Assembly (NCBI GenBank): GCA_950097015.1
Contig: CATNEN010000001.1
Location: 17,484,001-17,548,000 of the forward strand
Length of the DNA: 64,000 nt
Direction: 5' to 3'
DNA from: Macrostomum hystrix
Taxonomy: Eukaryota > Animalia > Platyhelminthes
The first letter of the stretch is position 1. Every line of letters begins with the position of its first letter. A program made the translations under genes and the position numbers. Below the pieces are notes generated by a model, which saw only the letters and a list, made by a program, of their open reading frames with translations, was not told the DNA's origin and made no database searches. Positions 1 to 11,417 of the stretch are shown here, one piece after another.

Positions 1-825
1 CAGACCCAACCCACTTATATAGGCACACCATCAACCATTGCTATATTATATAGACTGAACAGCTCTCACCCCCTGTATGGTGGTGGCAAGTTTAAATGAC
101 AAAAAAACTTAGCTCACTACTTACAGTAGACCCAGCATGTTCCTAAATTTAATATTGAACTCTAAAATGTACAATTAATAATTTTAAGGTCCTGTGCAGG
201 CGGGGGTTTTTCCCACCCCAGACCCTCGTTCGAAAATAAGACACTAGAACTATTAAACAACCAATCAAACTTATCAAAATGATCCAAATTATCGAAAACT
301 ACCAATCAAATTAGAAGATTAAACTTTGTGATTACCCGCGCACTGGGGTGTTTTCCCACACCTTTTTCTCCCTGGCACAGTGTACACGGCCAATTTGTTT
401 TATTATAGAGTTGCAACTTTGTTTTACTTTATTTACTTTATTTATGCATGTTCTACTTTGCTCACGTGAATGTCAAAATGACTACTAATCAACTCCAAAA
501 CTCTATAACCCAAACTCGCTACTTTTAAATAATTTACGAACAAGTAATATGTTTTAATCATAATTACCAAATATATATATTTATTTATGTAGCGTAAGAG
601 CTTCGGCTGATGCGCGGGGACAGGGTGTAAAACCCTGTGTTTTACCCTAACTTAATAACTTAATAACAACAGCAGACTTTGCCGTAAAGACGGCCTCTTC
701 TTTTGCCGTAAAGACCGGCTCCGACGGTGACGACGACACCGACGGTGTCGGCGGCGGCGGGGGCGGCGGCGGCGGTGGCGGCGTCGGCGGCGGCGGGGAA
801 GGCGGCGGCGACGACGGCGGCGACA

Positions 826-1449
826 ATGTCGGCAGCACCTGCGGGCTGAATGCTGCATCCAGCTCTGCGGCCTCCTCGGTCCCCGGCAGAGGGGGAGCTT
901 CTGGCCGAGGCGGCGGCGGCGGTGCGAGTTACTCCAGCATTGTCTCCGGCACGGCCAACTCGCGCAGCAGACGTCCGGAACACCTCTCGGGCATCTGCCC
1001 GGTGATTTTCGAGGTGGCCGAACAAGCAGCCGGAAATCAACTACTCTTCTGCCAGTGGTTAGGAGCCAACTTCGCCGGAACCGCTAGAGCTACTAACACG
1101 CGTTGTGTACAAAACCAAGCTGCCTACCTAGTGAAACCGGCTTCCGAGCAGGACCATCAGCACTTCCTGAATGACCAGCTGAAGGAACCGCTGTTTCAAG
1201 GGCAGCCTGTTGTGCGCCGGCTACCCGCGCATGCGCCCCCTCGATGCTCGCCACGGTGCGGACCAGCTCGGGGAGCCGAGGACGACTCCGTCCACCTTTG
1301 TGGTTCGGGACGTCGACCTCAACATCCAAACGAACGACTTTAAATCAATGATAGAAGCAAACAATGTCACCGGGGTTACCGGCGTCCAGCGCATCACCCG
1401 GCTCTCTGACAACCAGCCCACCAGGTTGCTCAGAGTCTTCGTTGAATAG
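826..1449 (+). pseudogene. Non-LTR retrotransposon ORF1 (gag-like) fragment, frameshifted
   Basis: ORFs 1002-1343 and 1210-1449 join across a frameshift to give ...STFVVRDVDLNIQTNDFKSMIEANNVTGVTGVQRITRLSDNQPTRLLRVFV, resembling I/Jockey-type ORF1 RRM-like regions; GC-rich GGC repeats lie upstream. Confidence 0.5.
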
Positions 1450-3057
1450 GTTGAAATCGCATAATTGTGATGGTCCGTTTTCCGTCCGATTTGAGTCCGT
1501 AAAAAGGCGACGCGAATGTAAAATTTAACAACACATGTATTTTGACCGCAGGCAATAAAAAGTTTTGTCTCAGAAGAAGCCAGTTACACTAAACTTAATA
1601 AGAAGTCAGATTCAATTTTTTAGTTTCAAATTACAGCTTAAAAGCGTAAGAATGGCCTGAGCAAAGATTTTGAAAGCGCATGCACTGCAAACTTTCACTT
1701 TGACCTGACGGGATCCTCAATTAATTATACTATTATTTCCGTGAGAATTCTCGATTCGATCAACGAATTCTCAAAAACTATTCACTGTAAGACACTAAAA
1801 TTCATTAGACAAAACAAAGTAAATATAAACACTGATATCACGTCGCCATCACTTTGTGGTTTATCTATATAAGTTAATTATTAAGTGAAAGTCTATTTGA
1901 TCAGCAATGTCAGTGTAGCTTAGTTAGGATGTATTATGAAGCTACAGGAATATTTTTACAAAAAAGAGTGTTCTTTTAACGCGCATAGTGTATATTTATT
2001 TTTATTTAGCAAAAAATACAAATTTTTTCAACATATTATAATTAATTGTACCATGTGAGACTTAAATGCCTATATACTATATAGCTAGGTTACAATTCCT
2101 ATTTTCTGCTCTAGATACTTCAAGTCTAACTTCTGTTTATTCTGGGGCTTTCACAGGTGGCTATTTTATTGAAACAGTGAAAGAAACTGCTATATAGCTA
2201 TGATATCAGATCTAATTGTCATGAAAAAAGTATTATTACTTATTAGCTGGTTTAGGTATGTGGCATGCAGTTTTGGTCATGCTTAGGCATTAAGAACACC
2301 AAGGATCTGTCAGTTAACAGTGAGCTAGTCAATCATGCCTTTCATAATATTGGATGGCAGCAGCATTCAGGCTAGCTCTTGTTGGCCAAGCACCAGATAC
2401 AGTAGAAGTTCCAGTAAGCTCTCGTACATGCAGATCGAGAATCTTGCCATTCCTTAACCTGTTTGAAAAGGATAAGGCGGTTAAGAGAGTTGTTGGTTAG
2501 CTTGTTGGTTTTAGATGTACTAAACAGAGCAAAAAATAAATAACATAGCACATCCCGGTGTCAAAAGTCGGGTCCAGAGGACCGAGATAGGACTCTGACA
2601 AGTCCCCTTTAGACTGACAACGTTCAAAAAATAATTTCAGCCCTCCTACTCAAAATCAACTGGGATTGCCCTTTTTGGCATTTAATAGCTGTTTTTTTAA
2701 TCTTTTGCACGGTTTTTTAGTGAGTCCGTTCTCAGTCCGATCTGCTCCGACAAAATAATTCGGGATTTTATTTGCTACGGAGCTAGAAAGTCTACAAACG
2801 TCTCGTTTGCTGCTACTTAAGGATTTTTCTGCATTTGTAATGTTTTTTTCGAAAGCAGATCAAGGTCCGATTTAAGTCCGCTGCAGTCTGCACAGAGTTC
2901 TGAAAAATTGTCTGATTTAAGCAATGTTGATATTTGTATTCCAAAGCACTACTGCGAGTAGTAAGGCCAACAAATAAAAAATGACGAGGTTCGGATCTCG
3001 ATTCAGCCAATTTAATCCTGCAGATAGGCGATGGTCAGGATCAAGAGAATAATGATT

Positions 3058-3200
3058 CATTCCCGCTTCTAAAATCTAGTTTGAGGCTTATATCTACATT
3101 CCCGCCTCTGAAATATAAATCTCCGCTTCTAATACCTAGATCCCCGCTTCTAATACCTAGATTCCCACTTCAAATATCTAGGTTCCCACTTCTAATATTT
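3058..3200. repeat. Degenerate ~21-bp tandem repeat (ttcccRcttctaataYctaga)
   Basis: About 6 imperfect copies visible. Confidence 0.7.
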
Positions 3201-3680
3201 AAAGTCTCAACATTGTAAAATGACAGTAAATGCTCATGCGAAGACCAAAAAACAATTTCTGTTTTCGAAGCCGATATTATATTGTGTTAAGTTCGTTTAT
3301 CACTGATTCACTTGTAGGTAGGAAAAAGAAATTGAGAGGGGGAAGCAGGCCCACTCAACCCCTCATATACAGGGAACCCTCTTTGTTCGCTAGGCCAGGG
3401 AATACTGGAGACCACCACAGACCATATAGTATAACTTCTTGGTCTGTGAAGACCACTGGCTAGGCTCACTGCCTCATACTATAAAATAACCATGTATCTA
3501 AAAGCGAGTTATCTAGAATTCGTGTCTTATACCGCAGACCAGTAATGCGAGAAATGCGAGAAACATGCGCAATAAAAGTAGTACAAACATTGCAAGAAAC
3601 CATGGCACAGAACTTATAGAAGCAACTTAATTCGGATCTAGTATGGGGTTAATAATGAATTCAAATGGTTAGGGTACTAC

Positions 3681-4186
3681 TGTAAGTAACCGTTAACGCA
3701 CATCGCGCTATTCTAGTTTATTTCCTACGCGGGGTTCAATGTATTTTCCCCCAGCTAATGAGCGTGCGAGCTCTTTCTGGCCAGAGATATCGATCGCCCT
3801 GTTCTTTAGACTGGCTAGCTTATTTAACTAGGGCCCCTGAGCCCGCTCGCCTGCCACCTGCCTGTCCTGCCTGTTCCGCCTATTTGTTCTTGTCCTGTCC
3901 TCTCGTGTCCTGCGTGTTCCGGCCTGTCTGTCCTATTCCGTTCGCGTCACTGCCTTTGTCCCGGCCACTGTTATCACTTATACTGTCAGTACCTTTCCAC
4001 TGTCGTTAGTTATTCTGCCTTGCTGCTGCCGCCTCTGGATACTCATTTGCCTATTCTCACTCATATTGTTTGTCCACATCGAGCTCCTGCACCTGTCCTT
4101 TAATTAACTTTATTGTTATTCGCGTGTCCCAGTGGTTGTCGTAATAATAAAAAAGAAGAAATTACGAGTGCTACCGCTACATTACA
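3681..4186 (+). mobile_element. Solo LTR
   Basis: TGTAA...TTACA termini, 4-bp TSD CTAC (3677-3680 and 4187-4190), internal TATTTAA and AATAAA. Confidence 0.75.
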
Positions 4187-4458
4187 CTACACTGATTACT
4201 AAACTACAATTGGATTGAGAGTACGCCGAATCTACCTGTCAATTTATTTCGTCACAAAAGTGTTACGGTATCAGTCATAAAGTGACATCATTATAACTTT
4301 TCAATTGTCATGCATTCTCTTGCATTTTAGTTCTTGTGCTTTTCCTCGCTTAGTAAACTAAGAAAAGGGTGTTTTATTGTTTTTGTAAAAAAAACAATTT
4401 TTAATACTTTTTTTCAATTAAATTAAGTGTCCCAAAATCGTGGAAACGCCCGTGTATC

Positions 4459-4520
4459 AAGCTCCTTTAAAGTGCATTAAGCTCCTATAAAGTGCATTAA
4501 GCTCCTATAAAGTGTATCAA
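4459..4520. repeat. 20-bp tandem repeat x3 (aagctcctWtaaagtgcatt)
   Basis: Three consecutive copies upstream of a TATA-like ctatatata near 4537. Confidence 0.8.
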
Positions 4521-4653
4521 CTGCCTAAAGGTAACCCTATATATACGACAGCAGGATGTCGTAAACCTATTTTTTCATAGAAATCTAAATTTTCATAAAT
4601 TTTATTCATTCACTTTTGTAGCAACCTTAATTGTCAATCAATTGTTAACTCTA

Positions 4654-6108
4654 ATGGATGACAAGATCCAGTGCCCTATGTGCGACTACGAGTCACGAAG
4701 GCCAGATAATCTAATCAGGCATGGTACTTTCATACATGTCGAAGACATCGACCGGATCCGGGCCGCTGTCATACTTCACCGCTGGCAGAGTAAGGAGGAC
4801 GTAAAATTGTGCTCCCTTTGCGATTCGTTCGCAGCCAGCAATCTGCGCCAACATTACCGGCAAATCCATCAGAATGAAAATTATCCTGCTGGTCGACAGG
4901 CTTCTGCCGAGGCCCGGGCTAGGGCACTCGAGCGACTGCAGCAGCTCCGGGCTCTGGCGTTCGACGGCATCCGCAACTTCCAGTTGCTTCAAGACCTGGC
5001 TGTCGTGGTGGAGAGGCTGCTTGATAGCGAGCTGCCTGCCGCCGCGCCGATAGCCGCCGCTCCGATGGCCGCGGCACCGATGGCCGCCGCGCCGATGGCC
5101 GCCGCGCCGATAGCCGGCGCTCCGATGGCCGCGGCACCGATGGCCGCCGCGCCGATGGCCGCCGCGCCGATAGCCGCCGCTCCGATGGCCGCCGCGCCGA
5201 TAGCCGCCCCGCCGAGGGCCGCCGCGCAGACCGCTTCCCCGCCGCTCGCCTCCCTGCCGATTGCTGCCGCGCCGATCGCCTCCCCGATGATCGTCTCCCC
5301 GGCGGTATCCGCCGCGCAGATTTCCGCGGCGCCGATCACCGCCGCGTCGGCTAGAGAAGAAGTGCCATTCGAAGAATGGCTGCAGCGTAAGAATGGTCTC
5401 GCGGCAGGAGAGGCCGCAGATGTTGGCTCGGCTTCCTGCGCTGTAGGGGCGGCGGCGGCGATGACGATGCCAATTCTCTTGCGAGCCACCAGCACACCTC
5501 TGTTCGACCAGGCGCGGACTACTCAAGTCACTCCGGAGATCTCGGACGTGGACTGCGTCATTCCGCTAATCACACCGCGACCGCGGATGAGCCAGTCGGG
5601 GGACAGGTCCATGGCGACAGTCGCTGTGTCTCCATCCAGGCTGGCTAAAAGCGTTCTAACACGCAACACCGTCATCCAATCTGGAAACGTCGTCGTCCGT
5701 CACGGCAGCGTTGATTCCGAGGGCATGGGAGCCTTTAGCCGGGTCAAGATTCTCCCCGGATAAATCGTTTGCTGGTATGGAGGCGAGCTGATACAAGGCA
5801 ACAGGGCCCGGCGAGCGCGTGAGCAGCAGCTAATGGATCAAGGAAAGCCTTGCTGCTTTTTGTTTTTTTATAGTTGGAAAGAGCGCGCCTACTGCGTTGA
5901 CGCGACCGAGGAATCCAACTACGTCGGACGCTACATCGACCACAGCCGGCTGAAGGCTAATGTGAAGCCGGTGATAGTCGAGATCGCCTCCCAGCAGCGA
6001 ATCGGCTTCCAAGCCATGAGAACGATTTTGCCCGAGGAGGAGCTGCTTTACGACTATGGGGAGAGGCGCCCCGACGTGCTCCGAGACTACCCGTGGCTCA
6101 AACATTAA
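4654..6108 (+). pseudogene. SETD8-like: Intronless C2H2-zinc-finger + SETD8/PR-Set7-like SET methyltransferase with one in-frame stop
   Basis: N-terminal CPMC..H..H and CSLC..HYRQIH fingers. SET motifs GMGAF, WYGGEL, YCVDAT, GRYIDHS, ELLYDYG and C-terminal PWLKH. TAA at 5761-5763 is in frame with the 5833 ORF. Confidence 0.85.
5038..5225 (+). repeat. 15-bp coding minisatellite (AAAPM/AAAPI)n
   Basis: gccgccgcgccgatR units. Confidence 0.9.
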
Positions 6109-6139
6109 GTCGGTGTTATAATTCTGGACAATATGAGAT

Positions 6140-6180
6140 GGAGAGATAGAGATAGAGAAATAGAGATAGAGATAGAGACA
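6140..6180. repeat. (GAGATA)n microsatellite
   Basis: Direct reading. Confidence 0.9.
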
Positions 6181-6239
6181 AGTCAATTCAATCATTCACT
6201 CAAAATTAATTATCCTCATCATCACTTCTTCATATTATT

Positions 6240-7738
6240 ATCTTCTTCTTCTTCTAGCTTTTTATCGCCTTTCGGCATAGCTCACCGGGAGTCCCTTACT
6301 TCGCTTCGCAGCTGCGTAGGTGGCGTGCCATGTTGGTGGCTGCCAGGAGGCGCCCGCACGATGGGCAGGCCTTTCGGATGCCTTTGTACACACGCGCCAC
6401 CGACGCCGGTTCCGGCTGAGTGTCGTGGCACGCCCTCGCGTGTCTGGCGAAGTTGGACGTGCTGTACCACCTGCCGCATCGCTGGCAGTGCGTTTTGCCG
6501 TCGACCTTTTTGCTTCCGCGACACCACTTTTGGTGATTCTTTCGCGTTGCCTCGGTTCTTAACATCTGTTGGCATTTTTCACATGGTAATTGAACGGCAA
6601 CGAGCTCTCTGTGCAGTCTCTTCTGGTGTATGGCTAGACCGCCCCTGGATGCGCAGACTTTGTTGCATCCGTCGTATCTGCATCGGTATCCTGTCAGCTC
6701 GTTCTCCTCTGGACTGGCGATTGATTCCTCTGTTTCCGTCGTTCTGCGGTTCCTCTTGGATCGTTCTGCCTCTTCCATACGCATCGCGTTCACTCTGCGC
6801 TTCACTGTCTCCCTCCAGCTCTCTCTGTCTCGGACGAGGCGGTCGATCTCGATGGTGTCGACGCCTGCCTTCCTGACCATCAGCTTCCAGTGGTTGGTAA
6901 TCGTGCGCTGTCTCCTTTTGGCTTTCCTCATGCTTTCTAGTTTCTTATCCTATCCTAACACGCATTTCTTGGTGAGGCTAGTGTCGGGCATTCGGAGGAC
7001 GTGGCCTAGGCGTCTCCAGTGGGCGATTTCGATCTTTGTCGCGATACTGTCCACGCCGAGTTCAGCTCTGACGTCCCACATGTTCACGGCCTTTTCTTGC
7101 ATCTCGACCAGGGGCGGTTTAATATTTTCGCTCCAGATGAAACGGTAGCGCTTGTCCATTGCCTGTTGCATCTTCTTGATGTCCGTCTTGTAGAAGGGGC
7201 GTGCTCCGGCATTGAAGGTCATGGTACTTTCCACGCATGCCTCCACAATTTTGGCTTGGGTCCGTTTCGTAAGGCGTGTTTTGCGTAGCATGTTCTTAAC
7301 GCCGTGCCATGCCTTTGCGCCTCGTTGCAATCGCTGGCTAATGTCATTCTTTCTTCCCAACCAGGTGCCTAGCATTCTTATTCCGTTACTTTCCTCTGTC
7401 CCCAAGATCGCCCTCTCTTCCTTATCGTCGTTGGTCCTTTCTTCAAATGTTGCCATGACATCCTTGAACGTTTTAGTGCCTAGCTCCATTTCCTCTCTCG
7501 TTCCAATTAGGGTGGTGTCGTCGGCGAACAGCGAGCACGTTAACCTAGTTGTTGTCGTCTCTTCCGAGTATGTAGTCGACCTCTGTGGTGGGAGGCTGTG
7601 GCCCGAGACGCAGGTCCATTCGATGCCGTACTCCAAGCCATCCTCCACTGCTCTGCGTTGTCTGCTTTCCTCAGCGACCCTCACCACCGCTTGGTGGTAG
7701 ATGTTAAAAAGGATTGGTGAGGTTGACTCTCGCAGTCG
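6240..7738 (-). mobile_element. 5'-truncated RTE-clade non-LTR retrotransposon (RT C-half + C2H2 zinc fingers)
   Basis: TSPILFNIY, LFADDT, MLGTWL, WRRLGHVLRM, DRESWR motifs; CRYDGC..GLAIHQKRLH finger; premature stop at 6950; (GAA)n 3' tail at 6241-6255. Confidence 0.85.
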
Positions 7739-9497
7739 CTGCTCAGTGCTGCTTATCCTGCTGATTAGAACTTCTCTCTTACGGTCGTGACGTCGCAGCT
7801 CGACTCGCGCCTCGCTAGTTCATCCTCGAGCTTGACTGCTCATGAGCGTCATGGCTTGAGATGCTGTTGAGATGCTGTTGAGAGGCCAGGGAATGGAAAA
7901 TAATATACGCTCGTATAGTACCATAGTGCCACTATGATAGTGGGAAGCCTGAATACTGTCACTGATAACAATTAACTAAGTTTGCATTTTGTTTCTTTAT
8001 TTTTTGGTAATGATTATACATTTACAGTTGTACTGTACATTTCTTATTGTCAAATGGATGTTAGGAAATTATCCCCAGTCTTTTAAGAGATTATTGCTGA
8101 GTGACTTAACAATACAATTGCTATTTAGTATAGCTATTAAATATTTATTGTGGAATGATAACGATAGAGCAGGTATTTGTATGCATGAATGTACGAGTAT
8201 ATGCATTAATTACTGGTTTGTGTTTCTGAAGTTCAGCATGAACAGAATTCATAATATAGAAATTTTTAGAGTAGAATTTCTATGTAGCTAAAGAAATTAC
8301 AAGCAAGTATTAAAGATTATATTGTATATCTGCTGATTTTGGGCTAAGAAATGAAAGCTGTATAACTATTTTTTTCTCTTATATAATATATACTTCTCTT
8401 CTTCCAGCAAAAATTTCAATGAGCAAACGTAAGCAGACTACTTTAGAGGGTTTCTTTTCAAAACCTGCTAAGATGAGTCAGTTGCAAAGCGAGCATGCCG
8501 AGCAACAAGCACACGATGAACAGCAAATAAAGGAGCTTCAAGATCCAAATAGTCGACAGCCAGAGCAAGACGAGCAACAGCCAGTAGAGCAAGATGGACA
8601 ACAGCCAGTCGACCGTGAGGATCAGGAATCAGAAGAACAAAATGACAATCAGCAGTTGGTATTTCATCAAAATTATATCGGCTTCGCTGTTGATGCTTGT
8701 CTTGCTGGAGACCACTACAAATTGTCAGACGAAGATAAGTTGCGCTTTCTCCAGGAGTATTACAAGCCAAACAGAGCCGTTTATGCATCGCAGGAGAAAC
8801 AGACAGGCCGCCAAAATGCCTTCAAGCTAACCGAAATGCAAATGCAGCGACCAGAAATGCGCATGCTGGCATTCTCTGAAAAGCTTGACGGCCTCATTTG
8901 TCGATGCTGTAGCATTTTTATTCGCGACTTGTATCCCAATGAGCAGCAGGATGGCCCAGGGTCCGTTGCACGCAACGCAGCCTTTGTTTTTCGGCCATTT
9001 AGAGATTAAAAAATATCTGCTTGAAGCTGGAAAAGCTGTTAGAGCGCACCTAAGAACACAGTACCACCCAGCTTGCCGAAGAAAAGGCGGCTAATTTTGT
9101 TTCTGTTCTAAGCTTGAAGCAGCCTTATGTTCAAGAGCGTCAGAATGCTGCTCTTGCCGCCAAAATAGCTGATAATAGACTGCGCCTTCGACCGATAATC
9201 TCGACCACCCTGCTTTGGGGCAGACTTGGAATTGCTTTTCGAGGACACTGAGAAGACAAGCCACTAAAGTGCCCATTATCCGATGCTGCTGTTGACTGTA
9301 CGGAGGGCAATTCCGAGCTCTGCTTCAATTCAAAGCTGCTTCTGGTGACAAAGATCTGGCCGAATATCTTAGCAAGCCAAAGAACCGCGGAGCGACTTAC
9401 GTGAGTCTAGGAGTTCAAAATCAGCTCATTTCGTGCATTGGCCAGCAGATCCAACAGCAAGTCGTAAACGATGCAAACAAAGCAGGTGTTGTAACTA

Positions 9498-11417
9498 CAC
9501 CTTTTTGCGTTCAATTTCAACAAAGCTGAAGTTCAATTTAGACAATTCGAAATTCAAATTCGACACTCTATTTTTAGTTTCCAACTCGACCTTTCAATTT
9601 AGACAACCTGCAACCAAATTCGCCAGTGCATATTCAATTTAGACACTTCCCGAAAGACACTGTCAATGTCTATGGTAAAAAGCGACCACGGGGCTAAAAT
9701 TCCATTCAAATTAGACAAACTGCAGTCAATTTCGACCATAGAATTTAAGTTTCTGTACCCGTTTCGCTCTTCAAACTGTCAGTCCCTTTTTTCAGCGTAT
9801 ATACTTTCCAGTCAATTTTTTTCTGTAAACAAACAAATGGACACCGAATCTGACGAACTCATTGAGGAAGAAGGAAGCGGAGAATGGAGCTCTGACATCG
9901 AGACTGAAGAGGATGAACAAGAAGAAAGAAGAGGTCCGTATAGAAGGGTCAGTAATGAAGATCGGCAACGTCTGCTTGACGCGCACGAGAATGGCCAGGA
10001 TTTCGTCCACCTAGCTCAACTGATGAACATCAAGCGCTCTACTGCATACTCAATTGTTAGATCTGGACGGAGGGAGAAGAGACCTAAAGGGGGTAGAAGA
10101 CGTGTGAAGTTTGACGAAGAGATGGAAAACTACTGCGCCGAACTACTGGAAGACAATGCACTCTTGACACTAGTTGAGATAGGAGGGCACTTGCAAGCGC
10201 GATTTCCGCAGAAGCCGGTGGTTTCGTTGACAACACTAAGTCGGCATCTCGAAGGCTGCTTATACACCGTCAAGCTCGTACGCGACACACCAGCTGAGAG
10301 GAATTCGCCGGCTGTGCTGACTGAGCGAGAGGCGTTCTGTACGTGGTGGTGTTCTGCTGAAGTGATCAATGCACCCAAAGTGTACATTGACGAATTCGGA
10401 TTCGACTCTTGGATGCGCCGCCAGCAAGGAAGGGCTGTCCGAGGCCGAAGAGCGTACCGCAAAGTGGCTGGACAGAAGGGTCCGCGTGTCACCATCTGTT
10501 TGGCCATGTCGCCTCAAATCGGAGTCGTCCATTACCAGTCATACACTCGAGGCATGACCAAGGAACGATTCGCTGAATTTTTGCAGATTTCGATGGGAAA
10601 TGTCCATATGACTTGGCCGGATCAGCAAGTTTACATGATATTCGACAACGTCAGCAGTCATAACGATGCCGAGCTACAGGAGGTCGACAATGCAATCGAA
10701 TTTAAGCGACTTCCACGATACAGTCCTTTCCTGACACCGGTTGAGAGCGCAATCTCATCATGGAAATCGGCCATCAAGCGCGAGCTCAATGGGAACCGCG
10801 AGCTGTTCATCAATCCTACAATGGAGGCCCGGGCAGGTCGAACTTTGGTGGAATATCGCCGTGATGAATTGGCCCGCTTGGCAGATATCACCCTGAACGA
10901 CAGCGTCACACTGGAAAAGTGTCTCGAATGGTATAACCACTGCTTTACCTTCATCCCAAGGTGCCTTCAGTTGGCGCCAATCAACGGTGACTGACGAGAG
11001 TACATGTACTTATTTTCACAAACCGACTTTGAGTTTGCGTTCGACTCAGACTTCGACTATGTAAGACGTTTGTTTAAGTTCCCCTAACAGTTTTATGCGT
11101 TGACTTGATAACCAGGCCTTACCATCGTTGTTAACATATATATATATATATATATATATAAGTTTGAGGTCGATTCTTGTCGAAATTGACTGCAGTTTGT
11201 CTAATTTGAATGGAATTTTAGCCCCGTGGTCGCTTTTTACCATAGACATTGACAGTGTCCTTCGGGAAGTGTCTAAATTGAATATGCACTGGCGAATTTG
11301 GTTGCAGGTTGTCTAAATTGAAAGGTCGAGTTGGAAACCAAAAATAGAGTGTCGAATTTGAATTTCGAATTGTCTAAATTGAACTTCAGCTTTGTTGAAA
11401 TTGAACGCAAAAAGGTG
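9498..11417 (+). mobile_element. Complete Tc1/IS630-superfamily DNA transposon
   Basis: 239-bp near-perfect TIRs (9498-9736 / 11179-11417), TA TSD at 9496-9497 and 11418-11419; removal restores the host hAT frame. Confidence 0.95.
9837..10994 (+). CDS. IS630/Tc1-like DDE transposase (intact ORF)
   Basis: HTH region, YIDEFGF, IFDNVSSH, LPRYSPFLTPVE motifs. Confidence 0.92.
   Translation: MDTESDELIEEEGSGEWSSDIETEEDEQEERRGPYRRVSNEDRQRLLDAHENGQDFVHLAQLMNIKRSTAYSIVRSGRREKRPKGGRRRVKFDEEMENYCAELLEDNALLTLVEIGGHLQARFPQKPVVSLTTLSRHLEGCLYTVKLVRDTPAERNSPAVLTEREAFCTWWCSAEVINAPKVYIDEFGFDSWMRRQQGRAVRGRRAYRKVAGQKGPRVTICLAMSPQIGVVHYQSYTRGMTKERFAEFLQISMGNVHMTWPDQQVYMIFDNVSSHNDAELQEVDNAIEFKRLPRYSPFLTPVESAISSWKSAIKRELNGNRELFINPTMEARAGRTLVEYRRDELARLADITLNDSVTLEKCLEWYNHCFTFIPRCLQLAPINGD

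Noticed and set aside
1449-3008. Non-autonomous DNA transposon with ggYtgaa(a)tcg ends
   Set aside because: Terminal match is short and imperfect; no TSD
9666-9836. Extended transposase N-terminus from ATG 9666
   Set aside because: Lies in the TIR and is mirrored at 11249; ATG 9837 is more plausible
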